This document shows, one piece after another, positions 17,358 through 29,614 of a stretch of 64,000 nucleotides of DNA. Within the stretch, counting starts at the first letter, position 1; the number at the start of each line of letters is the position of its first letter. A program made the translations under genes and the position numbers. The stretch lies in assembly GCF_009914755.1 (NCBI RefSeq), contig NC_060928.1; one strand, given 5' to 3'. This stretch comes from the human T2T-CHM13v2.0 reference genome, Homo sapiens. The notes beneath the pieces are model-generated. The model searched no databases. It was given only the letters and a program-made list of their open reading frames with translations, and was not told the DNA's origin.

Positions 17358-17904
17358 TGTAGTAGGCTGAATTAGTAGTTCCCCAAAAATACCCACATCC
17401 TAATTCCCAGAATATGTGAATACATTACCCAATATAATCCCCGGGTCCCGTGAATACGCTATTTTGCTTTGCCAGTATATGAAGGATTATGAGAAGGGAA
17501 TATTATTCTAGATTATCTGGGTAAATTCTGTGTAATCACAAGTATCCTTCTGAGAGGGAGGCAAGAGAGTGAGAGTCAAAAAAGGCAACTTGATGATGGA
17601 AGCAGATGGAGAGAAGGAGACTGGAAGATGGGAACAGGTCACAGAAAAAGACAGTCAGATATGATGATGCCACAACTGCTAGCCTTTAGGATGGAGAAAG
17701 GGACCCGCAGCCAAGGAATGCAGGAAACCTCTAGAAGCTGGAAAAGGAAGGGAAGAAGATAGTCCTATGGAACTTTCAGAAGGAACTCAGCCTTGCCAAC
17801 CTATTAGAGATTTCTGACAATTTTTAAAATTGTAATACGTTTTCATTGTTTTAAACCACTAAATGTGTGGTAACTTATTACAGCAGCATCAATAAACTAA
17901 TACT
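17358..17904 (+). mobile_element. MLT1D-like solo LTR
   Basis: tgtagtaggctgaat...cacatcctaattcccagaa; ends gtggtaacttattacagcagc..aactaatac; near-TSD ctatc/ccatc. Confidence 0.88.
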
Positions 17905-18436
17905 CCATCTAAAATGACTGTGAGCATAGTTGCCATAGAAGCCTCTTTTACACTAATGTTTTCATGGTGGCATCAAAACTTAATATCTAAGAAGTTCAAT
18001 GGTATAGATAATTATAGTTAAAGATCTTTATCAAGTTTTGAACATTTTAAAGGTTATCGTTTTACACATCGATCCATTTATACAGCAGTGTGTCAAATAT
18101 TACAACAGTACTTAATTATCTTTATAGAAAATACTTTCACACAGCAGGATTTACTAAGTACACATGGGGTACATGGCTTTTCAGTAACTTACGACATGCT
18201 GACACTGCACCAATGCTTCACAGACACTGGGATATTTATGGTTCTAAATTTTTTTGAAGAAGAAAGAGCCAGTTTGGTTTTTGCTAATTTATTTAACTTT
18301 CAATCAGTAGTTTATACAATTTAATTTCCAAATAAAATATCATCTAAAGACTGATTGTTTCTTTTGTATTTCTGTCCTCACTCAGAATCATGAGTAATGT
18401 TCAAAGACAGCAACGGTATTTAATAAATGCTCATTT

Positions 18437-18461
18437 GTGTGTGTATGTACATACACACAAG

Positions 18462-18496
<35 letters not shown>

Positions 18497-18530
18497 TATA
18501 TAATATATATATAATATATATATATGCACA
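18437..18530 (+). repeat. Compound (TG)n/(TA)n microsatellite
   Basis: Read directly; adjoins the FLAM tail. Confidence 0.9.
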
Positions 18531-18532
18531 CA

Positions 18533-18751
18533 TTTTTAGAAACAGGGTCTCACTCTATCACCCTGACTGGAATGCAGTGTCTCTATCATAGCTCACAGCA
18601 GCCTTGAATCAGGGTCTCAGTAGGTCACCCTGGCTGGAGTGCAGTGTCTCTATTATAGCTCACTGCAGCCTTGAATTCATGGGCTGAAGTGGTCCTCTTG
18701 TCACAGACTTCAAAAGTGTTGACATTACAGGTGGGAGCCACCACACCTGGC
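18533..18751 (-). mobile_element. FLAM Alu monomer with a 67-bp internal tandem duplication
   Basis: cagggtctc...ccttgaat occurs twice (18543-18609, 18610-18676), followed by the left-monomer head ...gagccaccacacctggc. Confidence 0.85.
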
Positions 18752-21736
18752 AGCTCTTGCATAATTGAGTATTTCCAAAAAATGCAACTGAGACATATGA
18801 AAAAAGCATCCTATTTTTTGGCCTTCTCCAATCATATGGCATGCATTATATTTTTAAGTGAATACATATAACCTTTTATGCCCTGATCATTCATTGTAGA
18901 GAAGGAAAACAAGGAACACAAAACAGTAGGCATATTTATGTTGGCTATAACTGAAGTTGGCCAGAAAATAAAATAGCCAAGAGTTTCAATCCTAATCCCA
19001 TAAAAAATGTGACTTTTATTATCTCCAATATCATGCACCTCATTGAGCACTCAAAACATCTTCAGAACCTAAAAATCAAAGCATTTCTAAGTCAAAGCTT
19101 TCCAAAAATAAACATTTCTCTACAAATTTAATTTAGCTTACATATGCAGATTTATGTGAGTGAGACTATAAATATATTACCTGTATGTTAGAAATGATAT
19201 CATAAATTAATTCTGATATCATGAGATTTGGAAAAATCACCTAAGTATTGAAATATTAATTGTATAGTATATATGTATATGTTTATATACCTACTTGCAT
19301 GTAAGGTTGTGTATCAAAAGGTTTTGTGTAACAAACACTTTTATAAATCAAAAGCTAGCTGCATCTATGTCAATGTGTTCCTGCAGTTGAATAACCAGAT
19401 TGGTCTGTGTGACATAGAATCTGGTTCTCAGCTGGAAACTTAGGTCTCCTAAAATGAGGAGTCCCTCTAGTATTAGGTATGTGGAACAATTCTTAAATAA
19501 TGGCACTGTGAGGATTCCACCTCATTATTATTTAAATAAGTTCATAAATGTTTTACTTAGAATGCAAGAATGGAAGCTTTACATCTTGATACACTAGTGG
19601 TATGGCTTCCCATCTAATTTGTTGTTGTTTTAACAGATGTAGAGTTACCATACTATCATAAAATATGGTAATATTAGAACAATATCCTAGAAAAATGCTG
19701 AGGCTAATATTATAATGTATAAAACCAATCATCTCAACACATTCCCAATCCTTTGTACTCAGTTTTACAGTAGTGAATCCATGAACAGATAGGAAGGGGA
19801 AAAAGAATTGGGTGACTATAACTGTAGATTGGAAACTTCTAATAGTAAAATGTTATTAATTTAAGACATGCATAAACAAAACTTGGTAAACTAAGGCTCT
19901 CCTAGGAATGTTAACTTATCCTCATTTAATATATATAACATGTGGTATTTTAAATTACCAGTTAGGTTTCTAAATACGTATTTTATTGTGCAGGCAGTAT
20001 AATGCTGATGATATAATGTTACCATGAGAACTGTAACTTTTCTGTTCTGACATATATGCTCAGATTTGTAACCTTGTTGTTACATTAGCCTTGAATTGCA
20101 TTTCAGATATATTTCTTGTGGTTCTGAAAGAGAAAGTGAAGAAAAAAATCATTTTAAAAAACACACTGAGTTGTGGAAATACACATACTAAACAACAATG
20201 CTGAATTTAACAAATCTATAATCAATAGCACTTCAAAAGATGACAACCATATTGAAAATTAAATAATATGTCATATTGAGATAAAATTTCACTTTCTGCC
20301 TTTTAATTTATTACCATAGAAATAAATATCTTGAAATTTATATCCTTTCTTCCTATTTATATTTTAATTCGTTAACTTTCAACGTCCCTTGACATATGCA
20401 CAAACTAGTATTTATCATCTGTGGTACTTTTGAATTAATGTATTTAAGTGTTAGATTCTATTAATGCATTTTAACACTAACTGTTTTTGCCTCAACAAAT
20501 ATTATTTAAACAAAATATAATGCAGAAACATTGATTAAAACATTTCTTAGATAATTCTTTTAATTTACAAACATTTTAAATATACAGCAGAAAAAATAGG
20601 AGGTAGGATTTACCATACGCTCTGATTTCACTTAAAAGACAGTTAGGATTGGGTAATTTTTAATGTTAAGTACATTGATGACATTTATTTCTTTTGAGAG
20701 TTGATAATGAAAACAAATTTGGATTATTGATCCTTTGTGAAGCTGAAAAGTCTCAAGTGTGCACTGCTGTATAAAATAATATTTTATAAACATTTGCAAA
20801 CCAAGACAAGTTGAAAATCATTTACATATTTAAAAATAATAATACTTCATCTCAAAGGCTTCTAAGGAAAGTCATCTGTCCTCTGGTTGTGTTTCATCTC
20901 AAAACAAACAAATATAAAATCAATAGATACTGAACAAGAGAATTAAAGCTCAGAGCAATTTTATTTACCAAATTACAAAATAGTCACTGAGTTTAAATGT
21001 AACACTGCATGGGGAAGAATGGAAGAGGCAAAAAAGTTATCATACTCAACTCCCAAATACTCGATTTGTGCTTAGAAAAACAATACAGGTTGTCATTATC
21101 ATTAAAATTATTGATACCTTTTTGTGAGTACTGCACTATATACCAAGTTAAAATAACTGAGAGAAGAGCCTGTGTAACTCTGTTGTTTTGCTAGGGTAAC
21201 CTGCTGTATAACTGAAATGACCATGAGAAATAGATGCCAAGTCACTCGGAGAGTGCCTCTATGAGCATTTCTTGAAAATTCAACATGGAAGCTATTACCT
21301 CTCAAGAGATGAATAGACAGGCTTCTTGGGGATGAGTATGTTTCACATGTGAGCTCTCAACTGGGGGAGGGAATATTATGGTGAAATTTTTTAGGTAGAA
21401 CACTAGAATGTGGTATATTGACTAAAACTAGGATGGTTAGTTCTTAACTCAGGAAACCATGTAAAGTTAAAATTGGATGAGCTTATGCAGAAGAAAATAA
21501 AATGAAATATTTGTTGTCATTATAATACTAATGTGGCTACTGGTAAATTTATTTTTTTCGTTCCTCTTGTTTTCAAAAACTCAGTGTGGGGGATTAACAT
21601 GTCAATAGATCTATTGCAATATAATGTGACAGGGACTTAATATGAAACGATGCCATCAGGATTGGGTTCTTTCAACTACAAATCTGTTCTACATAGTACA
21701 AAGACAATTGACATAAATCACTGAGTTGAGTTTTTT

Positions 21737-21782
21737 TGTGTGCGTGTGTGTCTGTGTGTGTGTGTGTGTGCAGTTGTGTGTC
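21737..21782 (+). repeat. Imperfect (TG)n microsatellite
   Basis: Read directly. Confidence 0.9.
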
Positions 21783-23814
21783 TCCATGTATATTTGCAGT
21801 ACAGTAAAAAATAAAATAAAATAAAGCAAAATAAAATAACAATGTAGAATAAAAACTTGTGTTTTGGGCTCCTGATTGAAAAGAAGGCAGCTATTGATAA
21901 AAAAATTTTTTCATGCTGCAGGAATATAATGGGCATTATTTATTGAGAATGTTATTGCTTTTAATGTATATTTTATTTAAAATAATGTGTTCTGTGATTT
22001 TAAAAAGTAGGTGCTATAGGAATTATAAACAGTATAACTATTTCTCCAGGTATTTACTTTTTGGAATATTTTACAAATACTCAACGAATGCTTAAGTTAC
22101 GTGTTAAAAGAAAAACATTAAACCTGGATTATTTCATATGCACATAATTTCTACTAATTTCCCATTTTTTACATTCTGTGTCTTATTTATCCACAGTTTT
22201 ACTTTCTTTCATTTTATCTCCCCATTAAAGGCATCAATAATATTGCACCATCCCTTAACTCTCACTGTAACACCGTACCAATGTACCACTAAATCAAGCT
22301 CACTGCTTCTACATGGAAAGGGGCAGTATAGCATAAGCATTACGAGATGTGTGGAGCTAGACTTTCTCTGTGACTGGACATTCTTTCTAGATAATTTAAA
22401 TTATATTTTAACCAGTGCTATTAGATAATATTAAATAAGCTGATAGAAACAACTTACCTGGAACAAATTCAGCAATACAAAAAAATTAAATAAATTTTGT
22501 TATGATTATTATTCCTGTTATTTCATTTCAACTTCTAGTACATATCATTATAGCCTATTACTATAGTTTTGAAATAATGGAAGAGGATTACTGAGGAAGT
22601 CTAGGAGGTTGGCAGAATTCACTTAGAAATTAAACTCTTTTGTCTTGATTAGATTAAATACCTGAAGTAAATATTTGGTTGTGAAATGTATCGTGCCATA
22701 GAACATGGGCTAGCAGAGGAGTACAGGAAAAGACAATTAACTTGTTCTCAATATGAAAGTAGATACAGTTGATATTATCTACAGGAATTAAAGAGTATAT
22801 AAAAGAGTAGGAGACACTATGATGATAAATAAGGAGAGTTACCTAAAGAATATGACGACAGCATAGAAACTATGAACAATGTTTCCTGGATAATAACATC
22901 TATACAACTACATTCACTATTGTAGGATATAGGAAAGATTTGAAATGGAATAAATGTTCTCCATATAAATAACCTCACTAAACTGGTTGTATTTATGTAC
23001 AATATTATTATAAATGTAACTCCAAGAGTTATTATTTAATAATTTCTGGTACCTGTACAACATTATCCTATCCAAATAGTTTGGGCTATGTCTTTATTTT
23101 TCATCTAAAGCAAGCACATTTTACTTCAAGGAAATTTGAATTTATAAGGCAAACAGCAATCTGTCTTTAAGCTTTGCCAAATCCTTGGCCTCATAATTAT
23201 TATAATTCAGAAAAAATAGAATTGCATGTATATGGAGTCTACATTTACAGGAAACTTGTGCAGTAAGTGAAATTCACTTAGATTAAAAAAAAAAGAAAAA
23301 CTTTAAAAATCACTTGAATCACCCATTAAGTTCACCCTGTGTAACATTGCATATGTAACCCTATAAAGAAATATGTATAAATGTATACTTCAGAATAAGC
23401 AATGAGGTCATAAAAATAAATGCTACATACCACATTTATTAGTCCCTTACTTAGCCTGACAAGATTAAATTGTGTTTAATTTTTCAGAGTATGTAATTTG
23501 CATTAGCAAAATTTATTAAAGAGAATATGATGCAATTTCAAAGAATAATGTTTAATTTCAATATTAGCTTCTATGCTTATAATATCTTTAGCTTACATGA
23601 GTATTGTTGATAAATAGTAATTAAGGAAGTCATTATTACAAAATATCAAGTTTAAGAGCAAAATAAACTACATATTGTTCCAAAATAATTATGTATGTGT
23701 AATATACTAAGCCATAATTAAAACAGTAATGTATGGTTTTAAGTATAACTAAAATATAAATGTAGAATAGAATCAAAATCTTAATACATACAGTAGAGTG
23801 GAAATGACAACTGG

Positions 23815-25200
23815 ATCATTCATTCATTTATTTAATTATATATATAATTGAATAAATAATACATAGCCTACTGTTTGCCAAACCCTGGAGATGGAATGGG
23901 AAATGATAGAAAAATCTCTGTCTTCAGAGAGCTTGCATCAAAGTAACCAGAAGCAGCACTGAAAAGACAAATAATTGTATGACATATTTTCTACTAATAA
24001 AGAATATTGTAAATAAAGTTTCAAGGGATAATTGTACTCAATAGTGACAGTGACTTTGACTTTGATAATGACTACCTTACTTTAAATAAGGTAGTTAGAG
24101 AGGAAAGACTTCGTAAATCTATAAAGATTTTGAGATGGTTAGAGAAAATTGTTTTGGCCAAGACAGGACTCAAATGAATCAAATGTTTATTAAGATGGTC
24201 TCACTAGGGCAGCTCGCCAAGGCTCATACTGGTAGTCCTCACTATTTGGGAAGCTGAGATGGGAAAATCACTTAAGCCCAAGAGGCAGAGGTTGTGGTGA
24301 GTGGTGATGGTGCTACTCTACCTCCAGCCGCCTGGGTGACAGAGTGAGACTCTGTCCCAAAAACAAACAAACAAACAAATAAATAAAACCCAGAGATGGT
24401 CTCACTAGAAAAAGTAAATAAACTGGAACAATATGCAGAGTAGCCTATTTAAAATGGAAATGTTGGGGATGGTGAAATAATGAATGGTGTCAAAATCTAG
24501 GATCTGATTCTATATGTTAAGAGATAAGAGGGTGATGAGGTCAAAGATTACTAAGGGGAAAATTTCAAATTTCAAATCATAAGCAAGAGTTTCAGGCGAA
24601 TCGCTTGCATCCATCTGTCATTAAGCATGAATGCTAGTAGCAATGCAGGGAAATCTATTTGGCTTGTTTCTGAAAACTTACAATACAGTAGAATTAGCCT
24701 GAAGATACTTTAAGTGATCACAACAGAAGGTGTTTGAAGGAAAAGTGATAAAATTTGGAAGCAGCAGCCACAGTGGGGGAGTAAGATAATACCTAGCCCA
24801 CCAGCAAACCTGTGCTTTAGGGTACCTTGGAAGGAAAAAGCAAACCAAACCAAATGATTCAAAAAACATTTCTTGCAAGGGGCAACAAAATCAGTCACGA
24901 AAGCTGTGGAAAACAAGGTTCAGTTAAATGAGAAACGTAAGGGACTCTTCCAAGCTAAACACGACGGTGATTTGCTGATATCAGAGCGTGACTTCAGAAA
25001 GCAGAAGTTTGGGAAGTTGGAAAGGGTGAAATGTTGGATGGGTTGAGATCCTATGGGTTAAGATCCTGGCGAGGATACATAAGCTTGGAGCTTAAATATT
25101 TGTCGGAACAGAGGAAAACAAGGCTGAGACCTTGCTGTATTCATTTGCAAGGTTACCTAGAGGAATGTGGAAATTCAGTTCAAATTATAACCTTCTTTCC
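23815..25200 (-). mobile_element. L2 fragments around the FRAM insertion
   Basis: cattcattcatt 3' end, ctactgtttgccaaaccctggagat.., and a degenerate purine-rich L2 body at 24480-25200. Confidence 0.5.
24208..24393 (+). mobile_element. Alu right-arm monomer (FRAM or 5'-truncated AluJ)
   Basis: Right-arm sequence, (AAAC)n tail, perfect 15-bp TSD agatggtctcactag at 24193-24207 and 24394-24408. Confidence 0.88.
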
Positions 25201-25391
25201 TAGGAAAGGTATGGGGACCTAGATTCTAGTACTTTCTCTCCCAGTAATTAACTGTAGAAGATACACGAAATTTTTCTAAGCATCACTGTTTTTTTGTAAA
25301 ATCAGAAGGTGTGTGGGGTGTGTGTGTGGGTGGGTGGGTGTGTGTAGTGGTGAGGGAAGGGGAGACAGAGAGAGAGAATGAGTCATCCACC

Positions 25392-25688
25392 TTTTTTTTT
25401 TTTTTTTTGAGACTGAGTCTCGTTCTGTCGCTGAGGCTGGAGTACAGTGGTACGATCTCAGCTCACTGCAACCTCCGACTCCTGGGTTCAAGTGATTCTC
25501 CTGCCTCAGCCTCCTGAGTAGCTGGGATTATGGGCACATGCCACCACACCCTGCTAATTTTTGTATTTTTAGTAGAGACGAGGTTTCACCATGTTTGTCA
25601 GGCTGGTCTCGTACTCCTGACTTTGTGATCTGCCCACCTCAGCCTCCCAAAGTGCTGGGATTACAGGCATGAGCCACTGCGCCCAGCC
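25392..25688 (-). mobile_element. Alu (AluSg-like)
   Basis: Full dimer, poly-T at the left, flanking catcca(c/t)ctttt repeat. Confidence 0.95.
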
Positions 25689-28545
25689 CCATCCATCTTT
25701 TAAATGTAAATTAACATTACAAATAGGGATGAACATATTTGATTACCACATGTTAACTCCCATGGTGTTCTTTATTTTCTTCCTATAAAATGCACTTAAA
25801 TGGTACAAGAACACATTTTTCTTTTCACCATAAAATTTTAAAAAATATCAAGTGCCTCCTTTGGAAATAAGTATGGCATATAATTATCAATGAAAGCCAA
25901 AATCGTATAATTTTATAATTTTCACTTATTTTATTCTACATGTATTTATTGGATATTTAATCTGTAAATTTACAAATTGTTTCTAAGTAAGATTTTTAAC
26001 ATACAGTATTATCCTAACTTATAGAAAGCTGTAGGAGGTAGTTTTCATAAATGCTTAATCAGACATAATTTGTTATGTATTAGATTGCTATATGATATAA
26101 TCTGTGCTAAGTATTACTTTTACTAGACTTAAAAACATAGATTTTTTTCTGGGTATACAGAAATGTGAGTTGTTTTATTTAAGTTTCCTCATGGCAGTAA
26201 GATTTATATCTATTCCCTGAAGCTAACATGAAAAAGATCTATAGATTTCTGTTTACTTTTAACTTCATATATTCTAGAAAAATTTTGACATTTAAAATAT
26301 TTGTGTGGATGTATTTTATCAGTTTCACATTAACATAAATACATAAACAAGAAGCTTTGCCACCATAATTAAAGCTCTCTTTAGTCCTAATGTCTAAACG
26401 TATTGAAAATTATATGCTTTCCAACATCTCAAAATAATCCTAGGAATAAAATGTTTTAAAAAGGACTGGGACGTCAGCAGAGTAACCACGAAAGACAGCA
26501 ATGTCAGGGTAGACACTCAGTGGCCTATTATGGTGGGTACAGGTACTTATTGTATATTGTACTACAATATTTTTCATGAATAAATACTTCTAAGCCTACA
26601 TAGAAGAGCCATTACTGAAAGATTTTTATAAAGGTTCTTAACGGAGAATTTAATGTCAAATTCAAGTGTGGGCCACCAATAAAAATGCTGAAAACACTAG
26701 CTACATTCTTTTTTCCATTATGACTAACTTTTTAAACATCTCCTGTTTTTAAAGCAGCACTCAAATTACTGATAACATTACAAGAGGCTGAGGGAAAGAA
26801 ATTCAAGTTTAGCTCTCATTTAACTTGAGGTAGAATAGTGGCTGCACTACCGTAACTGATGAAGTGCAATTCAGGTTCTCTTTGAATACAAAAGAGAAGG
26901 CTGGTCACCCAGTGATTTATTTCATTTCACAAATTATTATATAGTACTTCTGTTTTAAGACATAAAGCATCCCTTTTCAAAGTACTTTATGGATTGATGG
27001 GTATGAGGTAAACATTTCCAAGTAATACTTAGTGTTGAGCCAAAAATATTTTTCTACTTCTAAATTACTGCCATGCAGACAGAGAAAAGTAACTAAATGC
27101 AGAGGAAAGTCAGTCTTGCTGGTAGCTAAGAGGGCTTTTTGTTGTTCTGTAAAACTTTCTATAGAACTTGAAAGAAAAGGAAAGAATAATTCTAAAAGCT
27201 TTCTTGCTTGTATTATAGGAGAAAAGGAAAACTGCATTGTCAGCTCTCAACTTTGTTATGAAAATGTACCATGTAAATGATATAAATTAGCACTGACTAC
27301 ATTAAGAAAAATATTTTAAAAATATTGACCCATGAAGCTGTATTTCCCCATGTAATATCTTGCATATATTTACATAACGTAATACATAATTTTCTATGTA
27401 AAAATGCCTTTAAATATTCAACGTGTAATTACCAGTTTTTCCATGGGTTGCTTTTAAGCTGTTTTATTCCTAATTATTCTGACATTTATTTACTTGTTCT
27501 TATTCCTTTGCTGCTCCATAGCCATCTTTTTGCTCACCACATTGTGACAATATCAAGAAAAAAATGTATGTGTAGATTTCTTTATCTCTTATTTTCCTCT
27601 GATTTGAAAATTCATCAATGGTTGCTGCAGAAGCTGCCTGAGGCCTTTGGGAACATAAAAAAGTTTCAAAGTTGCTTGTGGAATGATCTAGATGAGAGGA
27701 AGTGATAACACTTAAATTGATTTCCTATTCCATAAAATGAGTATTCTGTTAGAAAGATATTCCACATAAGACTGAATGAATTTTGTCCTCTAATAGTTTG
27801 ACAAAGACAGATTCAACATATCAACTAGTTATATGCCAAAGTCAGAAATCCCTCCTCTTCTCACCTGTTCTCATTATTTTCAACATATGCCTTCCACCTC
27901 TGTGACCTATTGATGCCTGGAAGTGTAACCAAAAGTGATTGGTTAATGATGAGAAATAATTTCCATTAAATGGGTATCACTAATTTGTTAACACTTCAGA
28001 AATGTAACTTGGCCTATTGAGGCCAAAAACATATTTTATTCAGCTTTCTGGATATGATCTGTAACAAGAAAGAAGTTAGAATCACAAATTATCTCACAAA
28101 AAAGTGATGTTTGTCCATGAAAATGGTTGAGTGTGGTTTTAGGGAGTTTGGTGAATGTCACCATCAGAAATGCAAGTGAATTATTGAAATTTCCATTATT
28201 TTCTATTCATTATTTTGATAGGAAAGTCAAAGTTGCAGACAAGCATCATATAACTCTATAATCTTTTTAAGTTACCTTTGTTTGTAACTCACTCATGAAT
28301 TGTCCAATTAGCCCCCAAATCACTACTGACAGTGAGCTTCATTTGCTTGTCATGAGGACTGCAAAGAGTAGGGAGAATCGGTGTACACTACTTCTGCTCA
28401 AGTCTCGGGCAGGAAAGTACTAGTAATAAATTCAATGGTGGTGTCTTGAAGAGAACAGAAAACAAAACAGATTGACACACTGGTACTGCTTCAGAGAAAG
28501 AGTAGAAAACAAACAGCAGCTCACTCAGCACCATAGAAGAAAACA

Positions 28546-28905
28546 CACATGCTTCTTGACCTACAAGGGGGTCGCTTCCTGATAAACCCATTGTAAGTTG
28601 AAAATATTGTAAGTCAAAAATACGTTTAATACATGTAGTCTACTGAGCATCATTGCTGAGCCTAGACTACCTTACACATGTTCAGAACACTTACATTTGC
28701 CAACAGTTGGGCAAAATCATTTAACACAAAGACTGTTTTATTAGAAAATGTTGAATATGCTATGTAAGGGCATCCTGTCGCATATTGCTGGCCCAGGAAA
28801 AAATCAAAATTCAAAGTACAATTTCTACTGAATGCATATCACTTTCACACCATCATAAAGTCGAAAACTTGTTAGTTGAGATATCATTAAGTCAGGGACC
28901 ATCTG
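28546..28905 (+). mobile_element. MER47 (Tigger-family non-autonomous DNA transposon)
   Basis: Terminal inverted repeats cacatgcttcttgacct.. / ..taagtcagggaccatctg; core cctgataaacccattgtaagttgaaaatattgtaagtc. Confidence 0.85.
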
Positions 28906-29009
28906 CAGTTCCGCATTAAAGCACTAACACTTGCCATTACCGTTATTCTTCATTTTTCTTCCACAGAAGGAGGGTATCCTTACATGAAGATTGACGGATG
29001 CTAAAGGGT

Positions 29010-29290
29010 ATGATAATGGTAATGATGATGTTGATAAAAATTGCTATTATTTACTTAGTATTAACTATGTGGCAGTCTAATTTTCTAAACATTTTGATGT
29101 GTTAATAGATTTCATCCTTTAAACAAACTAGCAAAGTAGGTGTAACTTTCATCACATTTTGTAATGAGAAATATTAATAATAAAAAGGTTTAGCAAAATA
29201 TCCAGGGTCACAAGCTAGAAAAGTGCAGACCTGGCCTGAGATGTGTCTATTGTGATTGGGTTTCAAACTTTATTTAATCATTAACTTAGA
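29010..29290 (-). mobile_element. MIR SINE
   Basis: Core cattttgtaatgagaaa...cagggtcacaagctagaaaagtgcaga. Confidence 0.7.
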
Positions 29291-29614
29291 AGCAGCTCTT
29301 TCAAAACATTGCTAAATTCTGAAGTTACAGAGAAACAGAAACAAATTCCAATTGATTTTGTATTTTTGACAACCAAGAAATATCTCATGAGAGAATCCTT
29401 TGTATTGGACATCTTCTAAATACTGAATACATAGTAATAAACAACAGATAGAGAGCCCTGTGCTTTGGTAACATGAAATCGACCAGGTGAGTATTAGTAT
29501 TTCTTACGGCCCAACCATATGGGTTATTGATTTGTTCTACTCTATCCCCATTTCCTGGGTGAGCTCATGTACTCTAATTATTCAAAGTGGATGACTCACA
29601 CTAATTAATTGCAA

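Noticed and set aside
22450-22465. Consensus minus-strand donor CAG|GTAAGT
   Set aside because: Lies in MIR-like decayed sequence with no convincing partner acceptor.
27325-27705. 126-aa plus-strand ORF
   Set aside because: Non-ATG start, composition typical of AT-rich noncoding DNA, no homology recognised.
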